DNA from: the human T2T-CHM13v2.0 reference genome, Homo sapiens
Assembly (NCBI RefSeq): GCF_009914755.1
Contig: NC_060925.1
Direction: 5' to 3' (one strand)
DNA length: 64,000 bases
This document shows, one piece after another, positions 30,262 to 43,849 of this stretch (within the stretch, counting starts at the first letter, position 1; each line of letters opens with the position of its first letter). The notes beneath the pieces were generated by a model. The model saw nothing but the letters and a program-made list of their open reading frames with translations, did no database searches and was not told where the DNA came from. The position numbers and the translations under genes are program-made.

Positions 30262-30550
30262 TTTTTTTTTGAGATGGTCTTGCTCTTTCACCCAGGCTGG
30301 GGTACAGTGGCAGGCTCATGGCTCACTGCAGCCTTGACCTCCTGAGCTCAAACAATCCTCCCACCTCAGCTTCTCAAGTAGCTGGAACTACAGTCATGCA
30401 CCACATGCCAAGCTAATTTTTGTATTTTTTGTAGAGACGGATTTTTGTCATGTTGCTCAAGCTGATCTCCAACTCCTGGGCTCAAGTGATCAGACTGCCT
30501 TGGCCTCCCAAAGTGTTGGGATGACAGGCATGAGCCACCGCACACAGCCT
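30262..30550 (-). mobile_element. AluJ-type SINE
   Basis: gagatggtcttgctctttcacccaggctgg...atggctcactgcagccttgacctcctgagctcaa. Dimeric, no clear TSD. Confidence 0.92.
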
Positions 30551-32414
30551 TCTCTGTATATGTTGAATAACAGCTATTTATGAGATATGTCTGTTGCAAA
30601 TATTCTTTCTCAATATATGGCTTGTCTTTTCATCCTCCCTGTATTCCATTTTTTAGAAATACGAAAATGCAAAAAAATCTTAAGGAAATGCAGAATTAAT
30701 AGCTAATATATTCGAGGTGTCCACTCTATGTCAGGCCCTGGCTCAGAGCTTTGCAGGCATTGTCTCATTTAATCCTTCCAAGGACATTGTGAGGTGGGCG
30801 CTATTATGCTGTGCCTTTGAAAGACGAATAAGTGAGGCTCAGAGGGGTTGATCTCATGCCCAAGCTACCCTAGCTAGTCAGTAGCAGAGCTGGGACTGGA
30901 GATCAGGATGGCTGGGTGCTCCCAAAGTCCAGGTGTGCAAACTCCAGGTCCTGGAATCCTTGGGTTGGTCAACACACAGGCACAGAGCTGAGGCCCCAGA
31001 GCAGACGCAGGTCACCCTGGAGCAAGCTCACCCTCCTTCCTCTCCCATGCCTGCCACTCCTGGGCTCAATGCAGATGGCCATCTGCCTAACTTATGCCTT
31101 GCTCTGTTGAAATTCATGTCTTGGCACTCTTGACTGCTTCTGGAATTGGGGGAATACAAAGAAAACAAACACGATTTAATTTTTAAAATGACACCTTTTT
31201 CCTTCAGATGAAATTGTAGTTCTCTGAAGTGTAGTGCTTTATTTTCTTCACTTCAAAAGAATATGTCTTATTTTTTATGGTGAATCTTAGGAGACCCGTC
31301 CTGCAGTATGGTGGGAGGGGCCTGGGGTCCTTACTAGACCTGCCCCCTCCTGAGTTCTCCAGGCCATCAGTCCGACACGGCAGAGGGGTGTCTACTGAGG
31401 CACTGAGTGTGCCCAGCAGGAGGTGTCATCCTGCACCTGCTGGAGGGGCAGCTCCAGGAAACTAAAGGAGCCCTGGCCTCGAGTGGGAGAGCGAGGCTGA
31501 GATCTTGACTCAGCAGCTTCTTCTCTGCACTGCCTGTGATCCAGGCCCTGTGCTGCACCTTTGCTGTGTTAAATCATTTAATCCCCCTGCACGCTCTGTG
31601 GTGTAGGTGTCATTACTATCTCTGTTTTGCAGATAGGGAAACTGAGGTGGAATTTACTTGTCCAGGGCCAAATAGCTACTATGAATGGAGCAGGAGACGA
31701 AGCCCCAGGCTGGGTGCGGCTGAGGGCTCCTGCAGTGAAGATGAAATCGAGCCTCAGCGACTGACCATCCTGTGATCCAGCCTCAGCTCCCTCACTTGTA
31801 AAACTGAGAGGATGACACTTCCTTGGGGGATGGTGGACAGGGAAGATCAGCAGAGGGCCCCTGGGTGCCTACACCTGTCAGGGCCTGGGGGCTCCTAAGG
31901 GCAGCCTTGTCCAACCCCTGCTGTTCCTCTCAGGATAAGTGTCAGTGGCTTTAGTCAGCGCCTGGAGAGGCTGGGCGAGGTAGGCCACCCCAGGCCAGAG
32001 GCAGGGCAGGGGAGGGCAGAGTCTCCTGCTTACACCTCCCTCCCCTGAGACAGCCATAACGGCTAACTCAGAAATGGCCACACAACGTGCCGAGCCTCCG
32101 CGCAGCATACAGTGAGTGCTCAGTCAGGGTTGGCTATGTTTGCCCTTTGTGGAGGGCTTTCAATGTAAACTCTGCAAGAGGGTTTTGTGCTTTGTCTATT
32201 GCTGGTGTGTTTCCACTGTGGATCCTTAGCCGGGCTCTGGCCCTTCCCTGCCTGGCTCAAGGAGGTGTCTGAAAATCCTGCCTGGAGCCTCCCTCCGGCT
32301 CTTGGCAGCGCAGGAAAGTCCATTGCTGGCGCTGGGGCTACAAAATGTGTCTGAGCTGCTGCCTCCTGTTCATTGTCACTGAGGCACTGGGGTTCGTCTC
32401 CATCATTCTCTCTC

Positions 32415-33487
32415 TCACACATAGTCACACACACAAACACATACACACAGGCACTCACACACACTCATGCACACACACACCCACGCACACTCATACACAT
32501 TCACAGACACACATACACATTCACACACACGCACACACACACGTACTCACACCCATGCGCACACATACATATTCACACACATGCACACACGCGCGCTTGC
32601 ACGCACACATTCACACACGCACACACATGCACTCACACACACCCATGCACACACACTCACACACATACACACAGACACACACTCATGGACACACACACAG
32701 CCATGCACACACACTCACACATTCACACACATGTGTGCGCACACACGTGGACTCACACCCATGCACACACACGCATTCACATACATGCACACACAGACAC
32801 ACACATGCACTCACACTCACATTCACACCCATGCACACACACATACACACACACGCACAGACACACTACACATACATGTACTCACAACCCCCCATGCACA
32901 CACACTCACATCACACACACACGCACACAGAGACACACAGGCACTCAAACACCAATGCACACACACATACACACACAGGCACACCCATGGACACACACAT
33001 ACATGCACACACATACACACACAGGCACTCACACATGTGCACACACACTCGCGTATTCTCACACCTGCACATACATTCGCACACACAGGCACACAATTCA
33101 CACACACATATACATTCACATACACATGCACACACATTCACACACAGACACACATGCACACACATGCACACACGTATTCTCACACACATACACACACACA
33201 CTAAAATGTATAGACACAAGCACAGTCACACATACACTCAAACCAGACACACGCACAATACACTCGCTCTCACACCCACCCTGCAAACACATGCACATAC
33301 AATTCCCCCCCACACACGCACATGCTCATATGCACACTCACACGCCCACCCCCCACATTCACACATACATACTAACACACAAATGTGCACTCACATTCAC
33401 ACAACATGCCCTCACACGTACACACACATGCACACTCACATTCACAACACACGTACACACTCTCTCACACACACACACGCACATGCA
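32415..33487. repeat. ~1.07 kb degenerate (CA)n-rich tract
   Basis: Continuous CA-rich alternating sequence. It generates the His/Thr and Cys/Val ORFs in the track. Confidence 0.97.
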
Positions 33488-35159
33488 GCAGGATCTGAGC
33501 TTTTCCATCTCTCGAATGCCCCCACCCCTGCCCACGTGGTTTTCTGGCCTTGAGGCTGGGTAGAATCATTGGCCAGGAACCCAGGGTCTCCAGGAAGCAC
33601 CTTCCTCCCTGCATGAGCCTCTCTCCTGGGTGATTCTTAGTGACCACTTGGGGCCCCCTTTCTTGAAAATGGGAGATGCTGCCCTTGGGGAACTAGGCAC
33701 CTGTCCTCCCCCTCTTCAGCCCCTCTCACGCTGCAGAGACAGAGCACATTTCCAGGGTCTATCCTGTCAGTGGTTTTGATGTGTGAGGGGCACAGACCCC
33801 ATATAGGGGCTGGACTCCAGTGGGAGACAGAAGGTGCTGGCAGGGAGGTGGAAAGCCCCACAGCTATTCATCCCTCCCTTCCACATGTGATTCCCCGAAG
33901 GGCTGTCTCAGCTGGGGAGATCACAACCTCCACAGGATGCCTGAGTTTCCCTTTCCCTGAGCTGTGTCCAATGTGATTTCTTTTTGTTCTGCACTCTCCA
34001 TATTCTTCAAGGGCATCTGGTCTAGGCATCTCATTTCTGCCCTAAGGAATGAGGCTCAGAGAAGGGCAGTGACCTGCCCTAAGCCACACAGCACGTTGGG
34101 GCAGGTTCAGGACCATGGCATGGACCTCTTGACTCTGGCCTGAGTCTTTCCTTGACTCTGGCTGATTGTGAGAACCCAGCCAAAGAAAGTGTGCTCTGAG
34201 CTGCGTGGGCATGGGCACCCGGCATCAGTGCTGGGAGGGCCTCGGTGCCAAGCAGCCTCTTTTGTCTCAAGCCTGGCTTTTGTTTCTCTCTCTTAGGGAT
34301 TCCAATTTGGGGAGAATTTTTTGTCTGTTTTTAATTCATCTTTCATTGTGTTTTCTTTTCGGGTAATTTGTAGCTTGCAGGCACCCAAATATGACATGAA
34401 CATTAAAACGAAATGCAGTAAAATATAATTGAACATATTTCTTTCATGTCTGAGCAGTGGATTACTTTCCCTGATGTATCCCTATTTCCTCTTTGCTCCT
34501 TCCTCTTTTTGTCTGAGGTTTTCCTCGCCTCCCCGGAATCGCTGGGATTTGAATGGCTCCCTGGCCCCAGCTCAAAAGAGATCCACACACGATCCTGACA
34601 CTACAGACCTCGTCCCTGTGATGGATAAATCGCGTTCCCAGGGCTGAGGGGAGGGAACTGTGAGTGTCTTCTTGGGCCTGGGAGGGGTTCCCACTGAAGA
34701 TGGGAAGGGTGGGGATCCGTGAGTGGGACTGGGAGGGTTTCCCTGGGTGCACAGACCCTCCTGGGCACATGCTCCTGGTAGGTCCTTCTGTTGCTCTAGA
34801 GCTGAGGCTGCAGATTTGTGATCCTGACTTGCAGCCAAAACAGCTATCGGGGTCCCCAGTGAGTGGTGAATCAGCAGAGACTCCCCAGACACGGCCGTGG
34901 TCTCAGGTTCAGGTCAGGAGGGAAACGAGGCATTGGAGGAGGTGAGCAGGAAGGGTGCTGCTGCCTCAGCTTACCCACTATGTGGCCTTGGACCCATGAC
35001 CCCACTTCCCTGGGCCTCAGTTTCCCTATCTATAGTATGGGCATATATAGTCACAGCACAAGGGATTACATGGAGAATTAAATGAAATGATGCCTGTAAC
35101 ATGCTCAGCACAGTGCCTGGTACACAGTGGGTCCTGAGTGAATGGAGGCAGGTAACAGT

Positions 35160-35680
35160 CATTCAACCATTCGCTCACCCACCCCATTGTGAGGCCTTCT
35201 ATGTGCCAGGCAATGCACCAGGCATCAGGGAGAGAAGAATCAAACCTCCTATTGCCTGGGGTAGCTCATGGTCTAGTAGTGAGACCGGAACCAGCTCTGG
35301 GAGAGGGACATAGGGGTATTTGTGGGAACAGAGAAGGGACAAGCAAAGTCAGCATCTAGGGGAATCAGAGGAGGCCTCCTGGAGGAGGTGACGCTCAAGC
35401 TGAGCCTGGAAGGGGGCTTGAGTTCCAGGGGGCAGGGGTGGGGGGTGTTCCAGTTGAGGACAGCAGGGCAAAGGCAGGGAAGCATAAAGAGTGGGGGTGG
35501 AGGTTCCAGGGGTGGTTTGGCTGGGCCTGAAGCCTGGGGACTGTGGGGACAAGTGGAGGGAGGTGGGGCAGGGAAGGCAGGTGGGGCAAGACCACAGCGG
35601 ACCTGAGTTTGGACTTTGTCAGGCTGGTGCTGGGAGCCATGGATGGTTGAGGGGCAGGGGAGGGCTGTGGTCAGAGCGTC
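35160..35680 (-). mobile_element. L2 LINE fragment
   Basis: attcaaccattc...ctatgtgccaggc ... ggaatcagaggaggcctcctggaggaggtgacgctcaagctgagcctggaagg ... gggagccatggatggttg is the typical antisense L2 pattern. Confidence 0.8.
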
Positions 35681-38600
35681 AGGTCCTTCCGTAAACGGCA
35701 GACTTGAGTGAGAGCCACAAGTGAGACAAAGCGGCCTGTTACTCAGGCTCCACCCGGGGCTTCACAGAGTGAGTGTCATCTGTGTCCCTGATGCGGCCTC
35801 AGGGGCTTGTAGGTGGAGACGTGTCCCCAAGTCCCCAAGTCCCCCAGGCTGTGGCTCGGGGCCCCCGGCTCTGCCTCCTTTCATCACGTGTCACTGTGTT
35901 CGTTCTTTAGTCACCCTTCTCTGAACGGCACTCCTCCCTCCTTACCCCTCCCACCAGCGTTCACTGAGCTTCCGTGATGTGCTGGGCACCGTTCTAGGGG
36001 CCACGGCCATGAACAAACAGATGACAGTCCCGGCCCAGAGCTCACAGCTCCATGCGGGCCCAGATGGTCACCAAATAACTGGGGACCTCCCCTGGGATCA
36101 GTGCACCCAGGTCGAGGTTGCAGGGGCAAAGTTTGTGTTTTGGGAGGGCTGAATACCTGACTCAGAGCCTGTACACAGTAGGTGCAAAGCAAATGCTGAT
36201 TCTTTCAGAGCCCAGCCCGCTTGCTCCTTTACCATGATCATGCGACACGGCTGAATCACTTTCCCCCTCTAAGGTGGAGACCGGCTTTGTTGACAAGTGG
36301 CCATTTGCCTCAAGGCCCCTTGGTGGACCCTCGCTGTCAGAAAGTGCAGCTCCAGTCAGAAGGTCCCTGGGCCTTTGGGCTGCCAGGCACAGGAGCACAG
36401 CAGGGCAGACCACAGGCCTCCCAAGGCTGCTGGGGGCACTGTGTGGGCCCTGGTTGCTCAGCCTCATCTCCTGAGAGCAGGTGTGTGAACCCAGGGCCTC
36501 CTGCTGGGCGGGCACTGTGTGGTGTCTTGGCTCCACAGACACAGAAGTGGGGGACCCTACGGCCTCCTCCTCTCCCCATGAGATTCTCAGTGACTGTACC
36601 AATGAGAATGGCAGGAGGGAGATTTCAGAGCCACCCGAAACCTGGCAACAGGTGTTTCTCTATTGTTTCTTTCCCTTCAAAGGACTTGACATGGGGATAT
36701 AGCAGGAGCTACAGTCACAGGCAGACACCAACAGTGTTTCGGGCTAAAGACCAAGACTCTGAGTCCCTGGTTCCACCTTAGGACCTGGGACCTGCCTCTC
36801 TCCAGCAGGGACACCAGGCATGGCTGGAGGGCAACTGGGGGACAAACTCAGGGCCTGGTGGAACCTGGAGCAGGGCAAGCATGTGCTTTGAGGGAGAGCA
36901 GCAGACCCAGGCTTTAATGGGAGCCTTTCCGCACACAGACCTCAGTCTTCTCTGAGCCTTGTGTTCCCCGTCTGTGCAGTGGAGGGGGGCTATCAACAGG
37001 GCTGGTGAGCAGATGTAGGGTGACAGTGCTGGTGATGGGGCCAGGGACATAGCAGATGGGCAGCTAGAGCCTGTCTTTCCTTCCTCAAGTCTGCCTGGTG
37101 CGTCCTGGGTACTTAGGGACTCAAGCATCCTCAGTCACAGACGACAGTGAGGACGGAGCTCCTCAGTACAGGAACTGCAGGACCATCTATCCCTGAAGGC
37201 CATGGTGATGAAGTTGCTCTCTCTGAGGACACAGCCTTGTGGGCCTCGAAGGCTGTTCAGGTTTCTGGGGCCCCTGAGAAATGCAGCCATCCCTGGGGTC
37301 TCACCCCGAAGCCTCCATGAGCTTGCACATCGAGATGGAGGGGCAGGCATCCAGGAGCGAGGTGTAGGCAGAGATGGGGTGATGATGAGGGTGAGTGTAG
37401 CCGGGGTGGAGGAAGGGGGAAGAAGGCATTGGTGACAATAGCAGTAGCCAACACATCTCCACTTGCAGATGAGGGGACTGGGCACAGAGGGGTTGAGTGC
37501 ATTGTCCATGGTCACACGTCACTGCTGTTCGAACCCAGGAGATCCAGCTGCACAGTCGGGCTCTCAACCATGAACCTGAGGAGGGAGAATGTGGGCGAGG
37601 AGCTCTGGGGAGCCCACAGCCAGCCTGGCACAGTGCACCATCCTGCCCCCATGTCCCCAGTGTGAGGTGACAAGCTGGGGCAGGGCTGTCATGTGTGGCA
37701 CCGGTAATTGACAAGGGCAGAGCACTCAGATCTCTCTAAGGGGAAGGAGCTGCTCAAGGGCATAATCTCAGACTGGGGAGGCATTGATCTTGGCACAGCG
37801 AACACAGATCTATGTGTCAGGCCTATAAATCGCCCATTTAATGGGCCTGGAGATGCCATGGTGGGGAGGCTGGGAGGCGTTATAGTCCCACTTGGACTGT
37901 TGGCACGTTTGTGGTCAGAGGAAAGCTGACACTAGGGAGCATCTTAGAGGCATTTTTGCAAGTCAGGGATCGCACGTGGCCCTAGACCCTCTCCCCGGGG
38001 TCTGCAGGGTGGGCCTGGTGGGGAGGAAACAGCTGCCTCATGAGGTCCTACTGTATGCCATGGTGTCTGGTTTCCCTCATATCTGTGGGCTTCTGGACCT
38101 GCAGCTCCCCAGGGTGGCAAATGTCATCAAGTCTGTTATTTTTACAGAGGAGGAAATAGAAGTAAGTAACAAATGCCAAATCTTATGTTTGTCCAGTTTG
38201 GTAAACTCTTTACAGATATTTTAAAAGGAGGAAAAATGCTGTTTCTACAAACCCTCCCCCTGCTCCTCATGACTCCCAGGGAAGCAGAGAGGATGAGGGC
38301 TGTGCGGGTCTCAAACTGGCTCCCAAGCCCCTGCGTGCCGTGGCTGACTCCTCCCTCACACCGCCTTTTCCAGGTGCCACAAATGTGAGACATCGGTGGG
38401 AAAAAGAACAATAACAAACAGACTCATCCGTTTTGCCAAAAACTGGCTACCCTCCCTGGATAACCCACAATTATGTCAAGTGGTTAACAGAATTCTCATG
38501 ATGGAATGGGTCTTATTTCCTACCTTGATCCTATTTGCTGGGAAAACGAATTCTGTCAAATCTCTTGAAGTCGACTGTCAAAGTAAAGCATTTTGGGGAA

Positions 38601-40628
38601 GACAGATCTCTCACTCTGATGGCAAAATTCATTTGATTTGATTCTTTAATCCAGTCTGCTTGCAAAACCCGGCACTGAAATTTTAAAGCCTGTTCTCTCT
38701 TCTCCCTGCTGCCCCCTCTCTTGGTGCCCTGTCCTCCATCTCTTAGAAAATAATGCAGCAAAGAATTGCAGCTGGTGTAATGATGACCATTTGGTTTCTC
38801 ACGACTATTTTTTAGGGAGAAAATGACAGCGCACAAAGCCTTTTCTTTCAGTGTCTGTTTGGGGAAGGGAGAGAGATGCTCACTGTTAATGCCAGCAAGA
38901 ACAAGAGAAAGGGCTCAAGGGGATAGGTGAGATTTTGCAGACCTGACATCTGCGGGAGCAGGAGGGACATCTGGGAGGATGGCAGTGCCTCCATCCATGC
39001 TGAAGCAGGGGGGCAGTGAGCGCTGATTTTTTTCTGATCCCTGGTTCCCATCCTGAACCTTCTTCTATGATTCATCTCCATGAACCTGTAAACTTCTGTT
39101 ACATTTTACAAAGCACTTCTGCATCAATTACGTTCATTTAATCATTAATTGACTCCTTGGCTCATTCATGTATTCATGTTATGCAGCTCCTGGTAATTGA
39201 GGTTCGATGTGGCTTGTGACCCATGTGAAGCTCCGGGGTAACAGAGACTGACAAGACACAACCTTCCCCTGCAGAAGTCCAGGCTCTGATATAGGAGAGT
39301 GTGCACAGATAGCAGTGACCTGGCCTGTTGAGGATTATGAGGACATGAGTTGGGCACATAGTAGGTGCTTGCATCATGATGGATGCATTGGGTACCAAGT
39401 AGCAGAAACCAACAATAGTGGCTCAAGCAATTGAGATATGCTTGTGCACAAAAAGATGTCTGGTGGGAGATGGTTTCAGGGTTGTTGAGATGCCATTCCG
39501 TGTCTTCAGTGGTGGGGATGCACAATGGGCACACTGGTGACACCGTGTCTTGGTCGTGAATTGGCAACTCACATTCTTTGTGAAACAAGACACAATTATG
39601 CACAACATAAGCATATGCTAATGAGGGATAATTACACTCCACAGTTATAAATTTATCAAAATATGCAAAAACCGTTTCTGACAATTATACACCTACAGGC
39701 ACACCAGTTTAATAACTGCTCAAGGCTCCTTGCCAGCACCATAATGTGAGCTTGGGTGCCACGTGGGATTTGAAACCTGCAGCCCAGCCCTGCTGGGGAG
39801 GCCTCCGCTGTCGCTGCTGCCAGCCCCACTCAGACCTGACCCATTGCCACCCTTCTTAGCTTTCTTGGCCCTCCCAGCTCCCCAGAGAGACAGGCTCATC
39901 ATCGGACCTCGTGGGGAGGGACTTGGGAGAGACCCTGAAGACCCTGGAGAGCAACAACTGCTCCTGGACGTCACCACCGGGAAAACGGAGGTGCAGTGAT
40001 CCCAGGGTGAAGGTTTCAACTCCCATCTTTTCATCCAAGGCCACAGTCACTGGTGCTGCTTCCACTTAAGCTTCACTTACTCTTCATTCATTTGTTCATC
40101 CATTCAGCAGTTTTAATTGTGCATTGATTCTGAGCCAAGACTTGTTCTAGGTGCTGAGGATGTAGCAGAGACCAAACTGCCCAGTCCTGCTGGCACGGGG
40201 CCTGCCATCAGGGTTGCTTTAATGGTGATTCCAAGGGCCAGACAGAGGCCTGGAAGTTTCGGAGGAGTCCTTTTAGCCCTGACATTGTATTTCAGTCTGT
40301 CCTTGCATATGCAGCCATCACTTATAATGAGGCACATGGCACCCTGCCATGCACGGTCCCCATCAGGCCATCAAGTACTCCCCTGCACCCATGAAGGAAG
40401 ACACAGTTCTCCCACTCTTGAGATGGGGTACAAAGTGGTCCCAGAGCTAATGAGCAGCGGAACTAAGATTGAAATCCAGGCCTCTCCCCATGGCCCCATC
40501 TCATACCACCCCCGTCTCTGTGCCCAAGATGCTGTTGTGCTGTTCCAGGGTCCTGTGACATTTAGAATCTAAGAATCAGGTGGTGTCTCATTCTTACGTG
40601 AGACTGTTCTACTGCTCTGTAACCCTTA

Positions 40629-40815
<187 letters not shown>

Positions 40816-42639
40816 AGACAAAAAAGATACCTGTCCCCAGAATGCAAGATAGGCCCTCCAGCTTGAGCCCTCCCATTTCCCTTTGAGATCACGTCCACAT
40901 CATCTTCAGCTGCTCCCATCTCCGGGGCCCTCTCTAAATGTGAGTTTATGGCTGTCACATAATGTTATCAGCCATGACAATGGCAATTAGAACAATTATG
41001 TTGAACCATAAACTCCAGCTGGGTTTAGGATCCACAGTGAGTCACAGCCTCTCAAGCTGTGGAGGCCGCCTGTCACCCCAGACATGTCTGATGGGTTCTA
41101 CCCAGCACACAGGACTGGCTTAGTTATAAAGTTACAAAGTGACAGGTTCCGGGCTCATGCCGGCAGAAGGCACCGACCCTCTGGAGCAGTGCTGCTCTGT
41201 GCCACCTGGGCATTGCAGAGAGGCCACCTGGGCTGTTTGGGTTCCAGGCTCCAGTCTCCCATTCCTACTCTGAGCACTCGTGTTTTCTCTCCTCTTTGCT
41301 CTCAGGACAGCATCTGAGTGCAAATTCCTGGGGGTCTCTCTTGGAGGGTGTTGTTGCATTTTGATTCTACACCCTGATGGGGGAGGCCTGGTTCTCGTTC
41401 AAGGCCTCTGAGCCCTGCCACCGATGCTGAGAGGCAGTGTGGTCCATTGCTTAGGCCACAGGCTTTGGGTGACTGTGATTTCCAGCCAGGACTCTCCTTC
41501 TTATTGGCTGTGAGACCTCAGGAAAGTTGCCTAACCTCTCTGAGCCTCATCATTTTCCCCCTCTGTGAAATGGGCACAGTAATACTGATGACATCAAGTG
41601 TTGTAAGCACTGGATGAAATGAAGCAACTGGAGGCAGATTTCTGGGTTCAAATGACACTTCCGGGACCCTCTTGGAGGTGAGAGTCTGGGCAGAATGAAG
41701 GGTCTTGACTCCTCCTCTGTACCACGGTAAGTAACTGTGGCAGCCTCTCTGCATAGGATATTGCAGGGACCCCACGACCTAATGTGAGTTAAAGGTCTGG
41801 CACACAATGAGCCCTTAAGGCACGTGAACTGGCATTGTTACTATTATTCTGCCTGCAGGCAAACACCTTGCCTTATTTTTGTGCATCAAGCACCTGATGC
41901 AGGGTCTGGGCATAGAGCAGGAAGAGCACAGACCCAGGAGCAGATTGCCCAGGTTTGAAGTCCAGCTCCACCACTTCTGAGCTGTGTGACCTTGGACAAG
42001 TTTCTAAACCTCTCTGAACTTAAGTATCTTTATCTTTAAAATGGGGGAGGGAGTGGGCAATAATTAATTTAATTATTTGAAATAATTAAATGAACGAATG
42101 CATGAAAAGTGCTTAGCAGAGTGTCTGGCACACAGTAAGTGCTAAACCAGTGTTAGCTTTACTTTAGTTTCCACGAGAATGTCACACAAAAGGGGCCTCT
42201 AATAATCTCCTTTTCTGCCACCACTGCACTTAGAGATGAAGAAACTGAGGCCAAGGGACACTAAATTAAATGTTTGAGAACAAGACAGTATATGGCCGTG
42301 CTAAATTATGCAGAGCGGACAACTAGAGAACAAAACGATCTATAATAAAGGGCTAATTGGGTGGGACCGATGTTAAGTGGACCAGGAGTCTGATGAGGGA
42401 TAGAAAAATGCACCCTGGGACGAGGATGGCCTTGGCCAGGGCCCAGGTATTCTTGTTAATAACATTGAGTTTTCTTTTAAAATAATAATTCACACTTACT
42501 GTAAAACACTTGGAAAGCACAGGATATAGAAAAAATCGTGTATAAATCACTGGCATCCCACTTCCCAAAGACACTAGCTGTTAAAGTATTGATGCTGTTA
42601 AAGTATTGATGATTTCCCATCGCTGGGACTGTGTTCTGC

Positions 42640-43140
42640 GCACTTCCTGTTTATCCTATTGGCCGGGGAGGAATCCTCCGACTTAAACAGTATGAAACAG
42701 CTAAATACACAACACCTGACACTGGACAGATGCAATTGATGAGTTTATTAGTCAACACACAGCTCGAGGGAGGAGGATGCTGCATTTCATGTATGGCCAC
42801 ATGAAACCTGCACTCAAAAGCAGAGAGGACCAGCAGGGGCCATGGGAGAAAGGCTTTGTCATAACAAGAGGGTGAGGTGCCTGCAGAAGGATGTAATTGG
42901 TTTGAATAACTCCACATTTGGCAGAGAGCTGAAGCCCATTAGGTGGGGACCAGGTGGAGCGCAGCTGGCCTGGCTGATAGAGGAAGTAGCTGGGTGGGGG
43001 GACTTTCCTGTTGGGTGGGGGCATACCTGGTGGGAGCCCAGGAACTCACAATTAGGCCTTTGGGGTCCTGTGAGGCTCAAAATTGTTATGGCAGCAGATG
43101 AAATTTTGGAGCTTACAAGACAGACTGTCAGGACAAGTTA
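42640..43140 (-). mobile_element. MER74-like ERVL LTR
   Basis: acacctgacactggacagatg...gtttattagtca...gggaggaggatgctgc...ggccacatg...gcactc...ggctttgt matches the remembered antisense MER74 pattern. Boundaries are approximate. Confidence 0.6.
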
Positions 43141-43849
43141 GGATGAGATTTGGCAACGCCACCTCACCCTAAAACCACAAAGATGATTTTTCACCCTTAT
43201 TGCATGTCCACTGTGGCCAGCAGGGAGGGCTGCTGCTGTTTGGCTCAGCACCGGCACCCGGGGACTGTTGCTGATGGAGGCTCCACCGTCTGAGGATGTC
43301 AACGTCTCTGTGTGTGCTTCCACGGTCACTGCAGCAGGGCAGAAAGGACATGAGCACGGGCACTGGATCTCAAATGCTCCCACCTAGAAGGGACACTCAC
43401 TACCTCTATGCACATTTCATTCACCAGTGCCAATCTCAGAGCACCTAATGGGAAGGCCATGGGGAGCCGTCATTCTCCTGAGGGCCCAGGAGCAGAGGTG
43501 GACATCTGTGACCCTAGCTGTGTCCTCTTCATGGAGCAGATGCAGATTTGGGGATTTCTTACCTGACACTCCAGTCTGACCAGTTTCCATCTCATTATAT
43601 ACTCTTGGAAATCGTCCATTTGGTTGATGTTCTGTAATTTATTGAAGTAGACTCACATTTTAAAAAACCTGGATAATTTCCTTTTTTTTTTTTTAACTCT
43701 CCTGAATAATGTTGCTATGGATTCTATTCTTTAATTTTTTTCCTATAAGGAGATACTCAGTAAAATGGTATGATGTTTTAAAAACTAGTAATGCCTCATA
43801 TTTATAGAGTGGATAACCCTTAAGTCCCTTTGGTTCAACCTTAACATAA

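Larger units (their letters stand above)
28180..30640 (-). mobile_element. L1MC-type 3' end, interrupted by two LTRs and an Alu
   Basis: atagactttattttttacagcagttttagattcacagcaaaatt... L1 sequence resumes after each insertion (29358 gatgtaccacagtttattt; 30551 tctctgtatatg). Confidence 0.85.

Noticed and set aside
32345-33563. 402-aa and 396-aa His/Thr-rich ORFs (and antisense Cys/Val-rich ORFs)
   Set aside because: Artefacts of the CA-rich tract, which rarely forms stop codons. Open in several frames at once, with no domain content.
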